The position numbers and the translations under genes were made by a program. Below, one piece after another: positions 6,782 through 16,399 of a DNA stretch of 32,000 bases (positions are counted from its first letter, which is position 1; each line of letters opens with the position of its first letter). Where the stretch lies: the NCBI RefSeq assembly GCF_000392435.1, contig NC_021219.1:420001-452000 (forward strand), given 5' to 3'. The notes under the pieces are model-generated. The model was not told the origin of the DNA. It worked only from the letters and a program-made list of their open reading frames with translations, and did no database searches. The DNA comes from Candidatus Saccharimonas aalborgensis. Its GTDB lineage: Bacteria; Patescibacteriota; Saccharimonadia; Saccharimonadales; Saccharimonadaceae.

Positions 6782-9700
6782 ATGCCAGTAACTATCTTTC
6801 GTGCGTTAAGCCGATCACTATTGGGCGCCCTTTTTGTGGGCGTGTTTGTCGTATCTGGAATTATAGGAGTGGCACCTCAGACAGCGCATGCCGCAACCGG
6901 TATTAACCAACAAATGAACTTTCAAGGCCGACTGCTCAACGCTCAGGGTGCAGTAGTCCCTGACGGCTACTACAATATCCAGTTCAAGATCTACCAGGAT
7001 GGTACCGGTACCACCGCAGGAAACCCTGGTGGAACCCTCAAGTGGACAGAGGATTGGCTCAACACCGCTGGAAACGGTGTCCAGGTCAAAAATGGCTTTA
7101 TGTCAGTACAGCTTGGAACAATCAACCCCTTTGGTAGTCAAGTCGACTGGAACCAAGACACGCTGTGGCTGAGCGTGAATATCGGCACTACCAACACTAC
7201 CTGTACGCCATTTAGCTCCTGTGGTGGCGATGGAGAAATGGTACCAATGAAGCGTCTTGCATCTGTTGCCTACGCGATGAATGCCGGCTCGCTCGGCGGC
7301 CTAACAGCGAGCGGATTTATCCAAAATACCACAGTACCTCAATCGGCTAATATCGCTGTGCAAAGCGCAAGTGCAAGCAGTGTAGGTGCAATGGTACAAG
7401 GTGCATCATCTCAATCCGTAGACCTCTTTCGGCTCCAAGATAGTAACGGTAACGTCAATGCCGCCTTCAATAACAACGGTGATCAGCTCACGCTCGGCAG
7501 AATTAGTACTACCGGCACCGTCACGCAAGGAAAACTAGTATTTAATGATGGGACGCTTGATGGCTATGGGCTCACAATTCAGTCTGGCACGCAGACGGGC
7601 AACTATACCCTGACCCTCCCGAGTCTGGCTGGTAATGCAACGGTATGTACGAGTAATTCAACTGCCACCTCTGCCTGTACAAACTTTATCCAAAACCAGA
7701 CGACGCTACAGGCCGCCTCAAACTTTCACATCTCTGGCACTGGTCAGGCCGATACCGCTATCATCACACCAGCTATTCGACCAACAAGTGACTCCACCAC
7801 AGCCCTTAAAGTACAAAATGCTGCTGGTACCACAGACATCATGACAATAGACTCGACAAATAACCGTGTCGGTATAGCCTTAGCAAATGGCGAAACCGCA
7901 TCATATGACCTCAGTTTCGGCGGTGGAACTGATCGGATCATCGGAGTCAATACAAACACAAGTACAGGGGTAGGACGCTCCCTAACGTTACAAGGTGGTG
8001 GTGGTAACGGCACTAATCAAGCCGGTGGTGCGGTTAACATTATCGGTGGTGCACCAACAGGTTCAGGGGTGCGAGGTGCGGTTAACCTCCAAACAACCGT
8101 CAATGGTGATGTCAATATAGGAAATGCCGGGAGCGCTGCTAACACCGTCACACTGACTGCCGGTGCAACCAATGGTATTAAGCTTGTTTCGGACAAGATA
8201 ATGGTTGGTAATGCCACCACCACAACCACTATCCAAAAAACTACACAAACCACTGCCGGCCAAGCTGGGCAGCAGCTCACCATCCAGGGTGCTACCAGCG
8301 GTACAACTGGAGTGGGTGGTGCAGTGCTCATCCAGGGTGGTAATAGCGCAACTGGTACGACTGGCGGCAACCTCACTCTGGCCGGTGGAACCGGTACCAC
8401 ATCAAACGGTCTTGTTATACTCAATACGTCAGCCTTCCAGACGATCGCCAATGATGCCAACTGTTTCCCAAGTGGCACTGAATCAACCTCATCATCTGGG
8501 TGTACTGTCGCTCAGACATCCGTCAACAACTATGCTTCTGTCATCGTCGGGTTTACCCAAGATGGACAAACAGCAACCCTCCCAGATCCAAGTATTGCAA
8601 CTGCTGGACGCGTCGTTTACGTGACTGCATCAAATCTCACAAAGGACTTTACACTGAGTGTCAATGGTGGTGGCCAAGGCAATCAGATTGCAATGCGTAA
8701 GAATACAACCGCAACGATGATCTGGAATGGCGCTGATTGGACGGCTGCGGGTGCATCGAGCTCGACTACCCTCCAGGCTGCCTACGACAACACACTCCAG
8801 AGCGCCGGTGGCGCCGAACTCGTCGTCAGTAAAACCAGTGCGACCAATGGTCTGACCATTCGTGATAGCTCTACCAACCCTGTGAATGGTACGCTCCTCA
8901 GCGTCCAGACAAAAAGCGCGGCAGGCTTGCTCCAGGTCAACAGCAATGTCACTGAATATGCCAGCAATGCCGGTGCAGAGACTGCCGGTGCCAGTGCCAC
9001 AACCTTCCCGGCCAGCACTTGGAGTAGCACCGGTACTGCCACGGTCACCCGCCAAAATGTCGCCGGTAACTATATCGCCACTGGTCAAGGTTCTGTATCG
9101 ATTGCCGCAACCGCCGCTAACAGTGGTGCCAAAAACCAACTCATCAATAGCGGTGGTAGTGCCGCCGCCTTGACAGCCAACACTACCTACAACGTCAGCT
9201 TCACTACTCGTCTCACCAGCGGTTCAAGTACGTTTACTGACCTCAATGTGCAATATTCGGCTGATGGCAATACCACCCTCCTCACTGCTTGTGGTGCCAC
9301 CTCAGCTGTCAACACAAGTATCTGGACCAAGGTCAACTGTACCTTCACGACGCCCGCTAGTGGTATCACCAGCGGCAACGCGATCCTCATTCGCCAAACT
9401 GCCAGTGCCACCCGCACCTTCTACGTCGACAACCTCAGTGTCACGATTGCTGCCGATTACAACTTTGCCACCGACGGCAGTGTGACTGATGCTGGCAACT
9501 ACGCGACAAACTGGCCGACTGCCGGACAAGGTACAGTTGCGAGCTCACGTATTATCACTGACGGTAACGACGCCAGCGACAGCGCCCAAGCCAACGTGAC
9601 GGCCGGTGCAGCCAACGCCGGTATCCGTAATAAACTATCGTCAAATCCGCTCAGTTCAACGCTTTACCGCGTCACCGTCTATGGCAAGCTCATCTCTGGT

Positions 9701-10681
9701 GCTGCGTTTAACGACTTCAAGATACGCTATAGTTATCTTGGCAGCACCTCAACCACCGCTGGCGACTACGTGGACTGTGTCGACTATAACGCGCAGACGC
9801 TGGTTACGACCGGCTGGACGAAAGTAACGTGTTACATCCAAACTGATGCCAATGCCGCGACCAACCCTTACGTCTACTTCGTCGAAGCGACTTCGGGCGT
9901 ACGAACCTTCGCCGTTGACTCGTTTAGCATGACACTGGCGAGCATCACCACACCAAATGTTCAGGTCGGTGGCGGTATTAACGGTGGCCCAACCACACTC
10001 TTCACACTCGACAAAGGGGCAAGCGCACCAATCGCCAGCAACAACGATGCGCTGCTCGGCAGCATGTACTACGACACCACGCTTGGAAAGCTGCAGTGCT
10101 ACGAGGCTGATGGTTGGGGTGCCTGTGGTTCCAGCCCAGACAACATTGTCACTATCTCTCCAGAGTACACAAATGCGGTGCTCCACGGAACTGGTATCGG
10201 GACAATGACCAGCGACATCTGTTCAAGCACCCTCCAAATCAACGACGGGGTCAGTGGACGGCCCAGCGTCTGTGGGACAAATGAAACGTACAACTTCTAC
10301 AAATGGACTAGTCCTCAGGCCACAACTCAAACCTATAGTATCTATGTGACCTACCAGTTACCGAGTACCTTCAAGAGCTTCAACTCAGGTCAAGCCTCAC
10401 TCATGGCTCGTACCGATAACGGAAGCAGTGGCGGCTCATCAAGCGTTCAGTACCAAATATATCGAAATAACGGCAGCGGTCTTTTACCCTGTGGTTCAGC
10501 AGTCAGCGTTTCAAGTGGCACACAAACTTCATGGCTGACCGGTACGGCAACCGGTGCCGCCGACCCATCGACCTGTGGCTTTGCGCCTGGCAACAGTATC
10601 GTCTTCAAGATCGACATGACAACCAGTAAAAACGCGAACGCCTACGTTGGTAACCTCAACTTTGCCTTTAGCAACAAGTAG
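6782..10681 (+). CDS. Giant secreted surface protein/adhesin (1299 aa) with two tandem CBM-like jelly-roll modules
   Basis: The signal peptide is ..GVFVVSGIIGVAPQTAHA/AT. The N-terminal module reads INQQMNFQGRLLNAQGAVVPDGYYNIQFKIYQ...LKWTEDW...VQVKNGFMSVQLG. A Gly/Thr/Asn-rich beta-helix-like middle follows (GGAVNIIGGAP.., GGAVLIQGGNS..). Two repeats end in SIWTKVNCTF...TRTFYVDNLSVT and TGWTKVTCYI...VRTFAVDSFSMT, a pattern typical of carbohydrate-binding modules. All antisense and off-frame ORFs inside this gene look spurious. Confidence 0.9.
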   Translation: MPVTIFRALSRSLLGALFVGVFVVSGIIGVAPQTAHAATGINQQMNFQGRLLNAQGAVVPDGYYNIQFKIYQDGTGTTAGNPGGTLKWTEDWLNTAGNGVQVKNGFMSVQLGTINPFGSQVDWNQDTLWLSVNIGTTNTTCTPFSSCGGDGEMVPMKRLASVAYAMNAGSLGGLTASGFIQNTTVPQSANIAVQSASASSVGAMVQGASSQSVDLFRLQDSNGNVNAAFNNNGDQLTLGRISTTGTVTQGKLVFNDGTLDGYGLTIQSGTQTGNYTLTLPSLAGNATVCTSNSTATSACTNFIQNQTTLQAASNFHISGTGQADTAIITPAIRPTSDSTTALKVQNAAGTTDIMTIDSTNNRVGIALANGETASYDLSFGGGTDRIIGVNTNTSTGVGRSLTLQGGGGNGTNQAGGAVNIIGGAPTGSGVRGAVNLQTTVNGDVNIGNAGSAANTVTLTAGATNGIKLVSDKIMVGNATTTTTIQKTTQTTAGQAGQQLTIQGATSGTTGVGGAVLIQGGNSATGTTGGNLTLAGGTGTTSNGLVILNTSAFQTIANDANCFPSGTESTSSSGCTVAQTSVNNYASVIVGFTQDGQTATLPDPSIATAGRVVYVTASNLTKDFTLSVNGGGQGNQIAMRKNTTATMIWNGADWTAAGASSSTTLQAAYDNTLQSAGGAELVVSKTSATNGLTIRDSSTNPVNGTLLSVQTKSAAGLLQVNSNVTEYASNAGAETAGASATTFPASTWSSTGTATVTRQNVAGNYIATGQGSVSIAATAANSGAKNQLINSGGSAAALTANTTYNVSFTTRLTSGSSTFTDLNVQYSADGNTTLLTACGATSAVNTSIWTKVNCTFTTPASGITSGNAILIRQTASATRTFYVDNLSVTIAADYNFATDGSVTDAGNYATNWPTAGQGTVASSRIITDGNDASDSAQANVTAGAANAGIRNKLSSNPLSSTLYRVTVYGKLISGAAFNDFKIRYSYLGSTSTTAGDYVDCVDYNAQTLVTTGWTKVTCYIQTDANAATNPYVYFVEATSGVRTFAVDSFSMTLASITTPNVQVGGGINGGPTTLFTLDKGASAPIASNNDALLGSMYYDTTLGKLQCYEADGWGACGSSPDNIVTISPEYTNAVLHGTGIGTMTSDICSSTLQINDGVSGRPSVCGTNETYNFYKWTSPQATTQTYSIYVTYQLPSTFKSFNSGQASLMARTDNGSSGGSSSVQYQIYRNNGSGLLPCGSAVSVSSGTQTSWLTGTATGAADPSTCGFAPGNSIVFKIDMTTSKNANAYVGNLNFAFSNK

Positions 10682-10698
10682 CTACCTCTTCACGGTTA

Positions 10699-10707
10699 TG
10701 GTACAAT
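10699..10707 (+). promoter_or_regulatory. Extended -10 box between the two giant genes
   Basis: TGg-TACAAT (10699-10707), 18 nt downstream of the 6782-10681 stop codon. It is 18 nt upstream of GTG 10726 and 33 nt upstream of ATG 10741. Confidence 0.35.
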
Positions 10708-10725
10708 AACAGAGAAGCCACCCCG

Positions 10726-13700
10726 GTGGATAGTGAGGGTATGAAGAGAAAAAATCAATCAAGTCAGCGTAAACACGACATCGGCCGACTACGGCACGGG
10801 CGTATTGAGAGTTGTTTGTCATTGGTAAAGCGTTTCACAAAAGTAACGGCAAGCGGGAAACGCTATATTGTCATACCTGCGCCCACCAAGAAGGGCTTGC
10901 TGCGGTTTGGTCTTATTATCGTCATTGTTACCGCCATCACTGCTATTGGTTATCAGTTGTATCGTTATTATGGACCGCATAACTACCAACTCAGTTCAGC
11001 TGGAAAGTTGCTTACGCCCCCTAGCGATGTGCTTGCAAAAAGCCTCTTATTCGATGCGAAGCAACAGATCTATAGTTTCATAAACGGGAGAGCAAGCACA
11101 CCAGAATCAAAACAAAGTGGTGCGGGCCTTGTCGCCGCGACTATACCTGTCGATGCCGCGAAGGGTATGGTGGTCACCGACCCCAACTACAAAGTTGACC
11201 TCACTATTACTCCCCAATTTGCGGTCGCAAATGGCCAACAAGATCAAAACCGCGTCGTATACCCATTTCGCGACCACAGCGGCTGGCTAGTATATACCGC
11301 TGAGGGGACAGGCATCAAAGAAGACATCGTGCTCTCAAAGGCACCCGGCAACGAGGCGTCATTTACTTATTTGCTGAAACTACCTGACGGCACTGAAGCA
11401 CGGCAAGAGTCAGATGGTAGTATTGGTGTCTATGGTAACGAGCTCTTCATCAACAACATCTCTGCAGGTTCCGATGCAGACGCCGCTCTCCTCAAGAAAG
11501 CCCGCGAAAATGCCAAAAAATCCCTATTACTTTTTGTCATACCAAGCCCAATTGTCAAAGAGTACGGCAAGCAAACTTCGCAGGTTGAGGCGTCGTTTCA
11601 CCTCGAGAAAAATCGTCTCACCGTCACCGCCAAGGAACTCACCAAAGCTACCTACCCGCTGACCATCGACCCAAGCATCTACGTGGTCACCGCCCAGCAG
11701 TTCATGAATGGTAACAACGAGACCAACATCAATTTCGACGTCGCTAACAAACTTATTAAGAAGGGCCGTACCACTGGCGCGCGATTTGACACGTGGAACA
11801 GCGCGACCAAATTACCTCAGGGAAACTGGGCTGGCGGTACGGCAGTTGCTGGTGGCTACCTCTACTCGGTCGGTGGCCTTTCACTCAACGGCCAGATCTA
11901 CACCGCGCAGGGTGCAAGTACATTTACTGTCCCGGCTGGCATTACAAGCCTCTCTGTCAAGGTATGGGGGGGTGGTGGAGGTGGTGGTGCCGGCGGTTCA
12001 GCCGCCGCCGGAGGCACCGGTGGAGGAGGTGGCTATGTATCGGGAAGTGTAGCGGTCACACCGGGCGAAACTCTCACTGTATATGTCGGTGGTGGAGGCG
12101 CAACTGGTACTCGCAACACTGCTGGTGGTGGAGGTGGAGGTGGTGGCTACTCCAGTATTTACCGAGGCGCAACCCCACTGGCAATCGCTGCTGGTGGTGG
12201 AGGTGGAGGTGGTGGCCGTAACTCAGCTGGTAATACAGGTGGCGCTGGTGGCGCTGGTGGCGGCACGAATGGTATCGCTGGCACAACATCTGGTGCTGGT
12301 GGAGGTGGTGGCGGTGGTACTCAGTCTGCTGGTGGCGCCGGTGGTACTGGCGGTACGAACGCAGGTTCAGCTGGTAGCTCACTCACTGGTGGTCTTGGTG
12401 GTGACGGACGCACCAGTGGTACAACCGACGGAAGTGGCGCAAGTGGTGGTCTTGCAAGTGGCGGTAACGGTGGCGGCGTCATAGCTACCAGTCGTGCCGG
12501 TGGTGGTGGTGGTGGCGCTGGGTACTTTGGTGGTGGTGGTGGATCGAGCTCATCAAGCGGCTCTGGTGCTGGGGGTGGTGGTAGCGGCTCAAGTTTTGTT
12601 TCAGGTAGCCTCACAACCACAGCTGGTGGCGGCCAAAATCCTGGTAATAACACCGATACTGACCGCTCCGGTGCGGGCCAAGGAGGTAACGCGGGTGCAA
12701 CGGGCGGCACGGGCACTGGCGGTAGCAATGGTATCATCATCATCAACTACGGAGCAGGCGGCACAACCACAAGCACCACGCTCAACTGGATTCACCTTTC
12801 AACTACCGACGGTTCACTCGAAAGCCCAAACCCCGGCAACGGAGCCTGTAGCGGCTGGTGCACCGACAGTGCCTACAATCTCCCTGAAGCACGGAGCAAC
12901 TACTCGCTAGTCGCCTACAATGGCTTCCTGTACGTCATCGGCGGACTCAACGGCAGCGGTGTTCCTCAAACAACAATCTATGTCGCAAAGCTCGGTGCCA
13001 ATGGTGAGCCCCAGCTTTGGAACCCAACATGGAACCCGACAACTGACCCAACCAAGACAACCTGGAGCTACTGGTATACCAACAACGTGAGCTTATCAAG
13101 TGCCCGCTCCGACATCACTGCCGCCGCGTACAATAACCGTTTGTATGTCATGGGCGGCAGAGCTGCCAGCAATACTATCGTTAGTACCGTCGAAGTCGCT
13201 GACCTCACGCCAACTGGGCAAATCGGCAGCTGGAGTGCTCAGACGTCACTTCCCTATAACGCATATGGTCATGGCGCGACCGTATACAACGACCGTCTCT
13301 ACATCATCGGTGGTAGCAGTACCGTCGGAGGCGGGCCCCGCACCGATGTGTATTACAACAAGATTAACACAAACGGTACCATAAATAGTTGGCAGCAGAC
13401 ATCGAGTTTCGCGACTGGACGCTTTTCTGGTGGCGGCAACTTCGTAACAGTCTGGGGAGCATTTATGTATATATCGGGTGGTTGTAGTGCAGTCAATGCC
13501 AGTGGATACTGTTCAACTGTGCAAAGTAATACACAGGTCGCAAGTATCAACACCGATGGAAGTCTCGACGTATGGAATACAGTTGGCACGGTGTCGAATC
13601 AGCGGTTTGGTCATGGGCTTTTCGCATGGCGTGACAATATCTACGAGGTTGGTGGCTGTTCTGCCCAAAATACCAGTACGGGTGCATGTACCGTTACCCT

Positions 13701-16383
13701 GGAGACGATCGTCTATGGATCGATCAATCGTGACGGCGATGCCTCAACCGTTGGGCAATCATCCAACCCCGGTAGCGGCACCTGCACCGGTGGTACGCCA
13801 ACAAACTGTAGTACACCAGCAGCCTCAATCGGTAGCCTACTCAATGCCTCGATTGTGTCAAACGGCTATCTCTACATATTTGGCGGCTGTACCGACACAG
13901 CATGCAACCCGAGTGGTGTCACCAATGGCGTTGCCTATGCCGCCATTAGTTCAACTGGGCAAATGTCAAAACCAGCTACCTGTCCAAATGGTGCCTTCCA
14001 AAACAATATATGGTGTATCCAATCGACCAATACCCTGCCCGTCTCCGTGGCTGCAGCGAGTCCGGTCATATTCAACAACCGCATATACCTGATTGGCGGG
14101 CTCAGCGGCAACAACAACACGAACACTATCATGCGTGCCAACCTTGGTACTGACGGAAGCGTTGGGGCATGGACACAGCAGTCGATGAGTGGTGCTGGCG
14201 CAACCTCAGTTTCCTATCAATATGCCTATACTCGTGCCAATCCAGCCGACGCAACCAACAACCCCGGGCACCTGTTTATATTTGGCGGCTGCACCAACAG
14301 CAACAACGCTGGCTGCACTGCCTACTCGCAAAATGTTTATCGCTGCAACATACAGGCGGCCGGGGCAATTGCAAGTTGCAGTACCACGAACCAGCTACAA
14401 ATCGGCACCATCCCCGGCGACACGCAAACCGGCCTCGCCATCATGAGTGGTACCGTCTACGCCAATTACGTATACCTCATTGGAGGTGTTTCACCGAACA
14501 TTCAGGACCTCAAAAGTGTTCGCTATGCCAAAATCGACAATAATAACAATGTTGTCACAGCTGGAGCGAGCGGCTGGACACAGTCCCCCAACGAAATGGC
14601 CGTTGGACGACGACGTTCGGCAGCTTTCGGGTACAACGGCTACATCTATGTGATCGGTGGTTACGAAGCAGCAACCGGAACACTTCCTGACATTGAGTTT
14701 ATTAAGATGAATGTTAGTGACGGCAGTCTGGGCGACGGCGGTACCGAGACCTTCAATGTCTCGGCCGTGCAGATTAACCAGCGCTGGGGACTAAGCGCGC
14801 CGGTATCAAATTCCTATGCGTACGTTATCGGTGGCTGTACAAACGGTGCCAGTCCGGGCGGCTGTACCAGCACGACAAATGTCGTCCAAACATTCCAAGT
14901 CTACAACAATGACAGCGGCGCGCCGGCTGGCTATAGCACCAGCGCCAACCAGTATACTGCTCAGGCAAACCGCATCGGCGCCTCAGCCGCCATTCACAAT
15001 GGCTATCTCTATGTCGCCGGAGGCTGTACTAGCGCAACCGACTGTACCGCGACTACAACCGACGTCTCGTACGCACCAATCGACGCCAATGGTGCTGTTG
15101 GCACATGGACCAGCACTGCTAGTCTACCCGCGGCACGGACTTGGGGCAAGTTGCGGGCTGCGGGCGGTACGCTCTACTACATCGGCGGACAGTCAAATAC
15201 CGCCACCGACCGTCGCACCGAGGTCTATTATGCAACACCAAGCGGCGGCGCAATTTCGTCGTGGAATACCGCGTCCAATGCGCTACCAGCCGGTCGAACA
15301 AAGTTTGGCGCAACTGTCTGGAACAACCGCCTCTATGTTGTTGGCGGCGAAGGTACTGGTACTGGCTGTACGGCGAGTAACGTGTGCAACACCGTCTATG
15401 TCAGCCCCCAGCTAAATAGCGGCGGCAACATAGGCACCGCGTGGTCAACTGGCAGCACCTCGTTCACCGTGGCACGAAGCGGTGCCACAGCCATTGCGTA
15501 CGCAAACAACCTCTATCTTTTCGGTGGTTATGACGGGGCGAACTATCTGAGTGATAGTCAATATTCGCAGATCAATGCAAGCACGGGCAATGCAGGCTCA
15601 TGGAATTTCTCTAGCAGTATGCCAGGACCGCTCGCTGATGGAGACGGCTTCGCCGCCAACGGCTACATCTATGTGCTCGGTGGTAGGAGTAGTGCGACGA
15701 CGTGCGACCCCGCGACAATCGTTGCTCCCATCAGTGCTAACACGACCATCGCGAGTGGCAACAACCCGACTGGTATAGGCGAGTGGTATGAAACAAATCA
15801 GCGATATACTGGAGCGCGCTACGGTGCGGCTGCCGTGTATACTGACGGAAAAGCCTACGTTCTCGGTGGTGGCTGTGGCAGCACGCTCACCTACGCAAGC
15901 CCCGTCACACAACAGACACCCCTCCTATCACAGCCGCAGGTTGCCAAATATTCCATCATGATTGACACCGACTCCGATGTCTTCCCAAATGCGTGGCTAC
16001 TAAACGGTCTCGACAACTCCATCGGCGCTCGCTGGCAACTCAAATACCGCAGCATGGCCAATCAACAAGCCGCCAGCCTATGCGCAACCATGAGTACATG
16101 GGGCCAAGACACCAACTTCGGCGACGTCACACTTGGAACACCCGGTGCGTATATTGTGAAAGATGGTAGCGGCACCGACATCAAATGTGGACGCTACTTC
16201 TTCTTCAATGTAACGGTCGATAGCTCACAATCCTTTGGCTATCCCGACGACGTGAGTCGCGGTCCAACGATCACCGACTTGACCCTCCAATTTACCGCCG
16301 ATCCCGGCAAACGATTGATGCACGGCCGCACCTTTACTGGCGGCCTCCAGATGCCCGATGACACGCCATATTATACCAATTAG
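10726..16383 (+). CDS. Giant membrane-anchored surface protein (about 1885 aa): N-terminal TM helix, glycine-rich domain, multi-propeller Kelch-repeat region, C-terminal beta domain
   Basis: The ORF opens at GTG 10726. ATG 10741 (MKRKNQ..) is an alternative start. A TM helix is present (LLRFGLIIVIVTAITAIGYQL). The glycine-rich domain reads FTVPAGITSLSVKVWGGGGGGGAGG...TLTVYVGGGG... Seventeen hydrophobic-Y-hydrophobic-x-GG Kelch-type motifs follow it: FLYVIGG, RLYVMGG, RLYIIGG, FMYISGG, NIYEVGG, YLYIFGG, RIYLIGG, HLFIFGG, YVYLIGG, YIYVIGG, YAYVIGG, YLYVAGG, TLYYIGG, RLYVVGG, NLYLFGG, YIYVLGG, KAYVLGG. One more (YLYSVGG) lies before the Gly-rich domain. Confidence 0.9.
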   Translation: MDSEGMKRKNQSSQRKHDIGRLRHGRIESCLSLVKRFTKVTASGKRYIVIPAPTKKGLLRFGLIIVIVTAITAIGYQLYRYYGPHNYQLSSAGKLLTPPSDVLAKSLLFDAKQQIYSFINGRASTPESKQSGAGLVAATIPVDAAKGMVVTDPNYKVDLTITPQFAVANGQQDQNRVVYPFRDHSGWLVYTAEGTGIKEDIVLSKAPGNEASFTYLLKLPDGTEARQESDGSIGVYGNELFINNISAGSDADAALLKKARENAKKSLLLFVIPSPIVKEYGKQTSQVEASFHLEKNRLTVTAKELTKATYPLTIDPSIYVVTAQQFMNGNNETNINFDVANKLIKKGRTTGARFDTWNSATKLPQGNWAGGTAVAGGYLYSVGGLSLNGQIYTAQGASTFTVPAGITSLSVKVWGGGGGGGAGGSAAAGGTGGGGGYVSGSVAVTPGETLTVYVGGGGATGTRNTAGGGGGGGGYSSIYRGATPLAIAAGGGGGGGGRNSAGNTGGAGGAGGGTNGIAGTTSGAGGGGGGGTQSAGGAGGTGGTNAGSAGSSLTGGLGGDGRTSGTTDGSGASGGLASGGNGGGVIATSRAGGGGGGAGYFGGGGGSSSSSGSGAGGGGSGSSFVSGSLTTTAGGGQNPGNNTDTDRSGAGQGGNAGATGGTGTGGSNGIIIINYGAGGTTTSTTLNWIHLSTTDGSLESPNPGNGACSGWCTDSAYNLPEARSNYSLVAYNGFLYVIGGLNGSGVPQTTIYVAKLGANGEPQLWNPTWNPTTDPTKTTWSYWYTNNVSLSSARSDITAAAYNNRLYVMGGRAASNTIVSTVEVADLTPTGQIGSWSAQTSLPYNAYGHGATVYNDRLYIIGGSSTVGGGPRTDVYYNKINTNGTINSWQQTSSFATGRFSGGGNFVTVWGAFMYISGGCSAVNASGYCSTVQSNTQVASINTDGSLDVWNTVGTVSNQRFGHGLFAWRDNIYEVGGCSAQNTSTGACTVTLETIVYGSINRDGDASTVGQSSNPGSGTCTGGTPTNCSTPAASIGSLLNASIVSNGYLYIFGGCTDTACNPSGVTNGVAYAAISSTGQMSKPATCPNGAFQNNIWCIQSTNTLPVSVAAASPVIFNNRIYLIGGLSGNNNTNTIMRANLGTDGSVGAWTQQSMSGAGATSVSYQYAYTRANPADATNNPGHLFIFGGCTNSNNAGCTAYSQNVYRCNIQAAGAIASCSTTNQLQIGTIPGDTQTGLAIMSGTVYANYVYLIGGVSPNIQDLKSVRYAKIDNNNNVVTAGASGWTQSPNEMAVGRRRSAAFGYNGYIYVIGGYEAATGTLPDIEFIKMNVSDGSLGDGGTETFNVSAVQINQRWGLSAPVSNSYAYVIGGCTNGASPGGCTSTTNVVQTFQVYNNDSGAPAGYSTSANQYTAQANRIGASAAIHNGYLYVAGGCTSATDCTATTTDVSYAPIDANGAVGTWTSTASLPAARTWGKLRAAGGTLYYIGGQSNTATDRRTEVYYATPSGGAISSWNTASNALPAGRTKFGATVWNNRLYVVGGEGTGTGCTASNVCNTVYVSPQLNSGGNIGTAWSTGSTSFTVARSGATAIAYANNLYLFGGYDGANYLSDSQYSQINASTGNAGSWNFSSSMPGPLADGDGFAANGYIYVLGGRSSATTCDPATIVAPISANTTIASGNNPTGIGEWYETNQRYTGARYGAAAVYTDGKAYVLGGGCGSTLTYASPVTQQTPLLSQPQVAKYSIMIDTDSDVFPNAWLLNGLDNSIGARWQLKYRSMANQQAASLCATMSTWGQDTNFGDVTLGTPGAYIVKDGSGTDIKCGRYFFFNVTVDSSQSFGYPDDVSRGPTITDLTLQFTADPGKRLMHGRTFTGGLQMPDDTPYYTN
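11964..12730 (+). repeat. Low-complexity GGN-codon tract encoding the glycine-rich domain
   Basis: Runs of ggtggtgg / ggaggtgg / ggcggtgg span about 770 nt. They generate long spurious ORFs in other frames and on the opposite strand (Pro-rich, His/Gln-rich, Val-rich). Confidence 0.9.
12119..12216 (+). repeat. Perfect 29-nt direct repeat, two copies offset by 69 nt (in frame)
   Basis: ctgctggtggtggaggtggaggtggtggc occurs at 12119-12147 and again at 12188-12216. The flanking bases differ on both sides. Confidence 0.9.
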
Positions 16384-16399
16384 GAAAAACCCTACTACG

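Noticed and set aside
7635-10293. Antisense and off-frame ORFs inside the 6782-10681 gene (for example 8017-8478, 8630-9139, 9749-10186)
   Set aside because: They are nested in a 3.9-kb ORF with coherent domain structure. Their compositions are biased (Pro/Val/Arg-rich), and they have no start context.
11708-12910. Many 60-142 aa ORFs in other frames and on the opposite strand (for example 11793-12221, 12074-12382, 12083-12484, 12321-12746, 12494-12910)
   Set aside because: They are products of the GGN-codon low-complexity tract. Their translations are Pro-, His/Gln-, Val- or Trp/Arg-rich homopolymer-like strings. They all lie inside the continuous 5.6-kb ORF.
6782-16383. Diversity-generating retroelement targeting the giant surface proteins (common in CPR genomes)
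   Set aside because: No reverse transcriptase ORF is present, and I noticed no template/variable repeat pair with adenine-specific mismatches in the window. The only exact long repeat (29 nt at 12119 and 12188) lies within the Gly tract.
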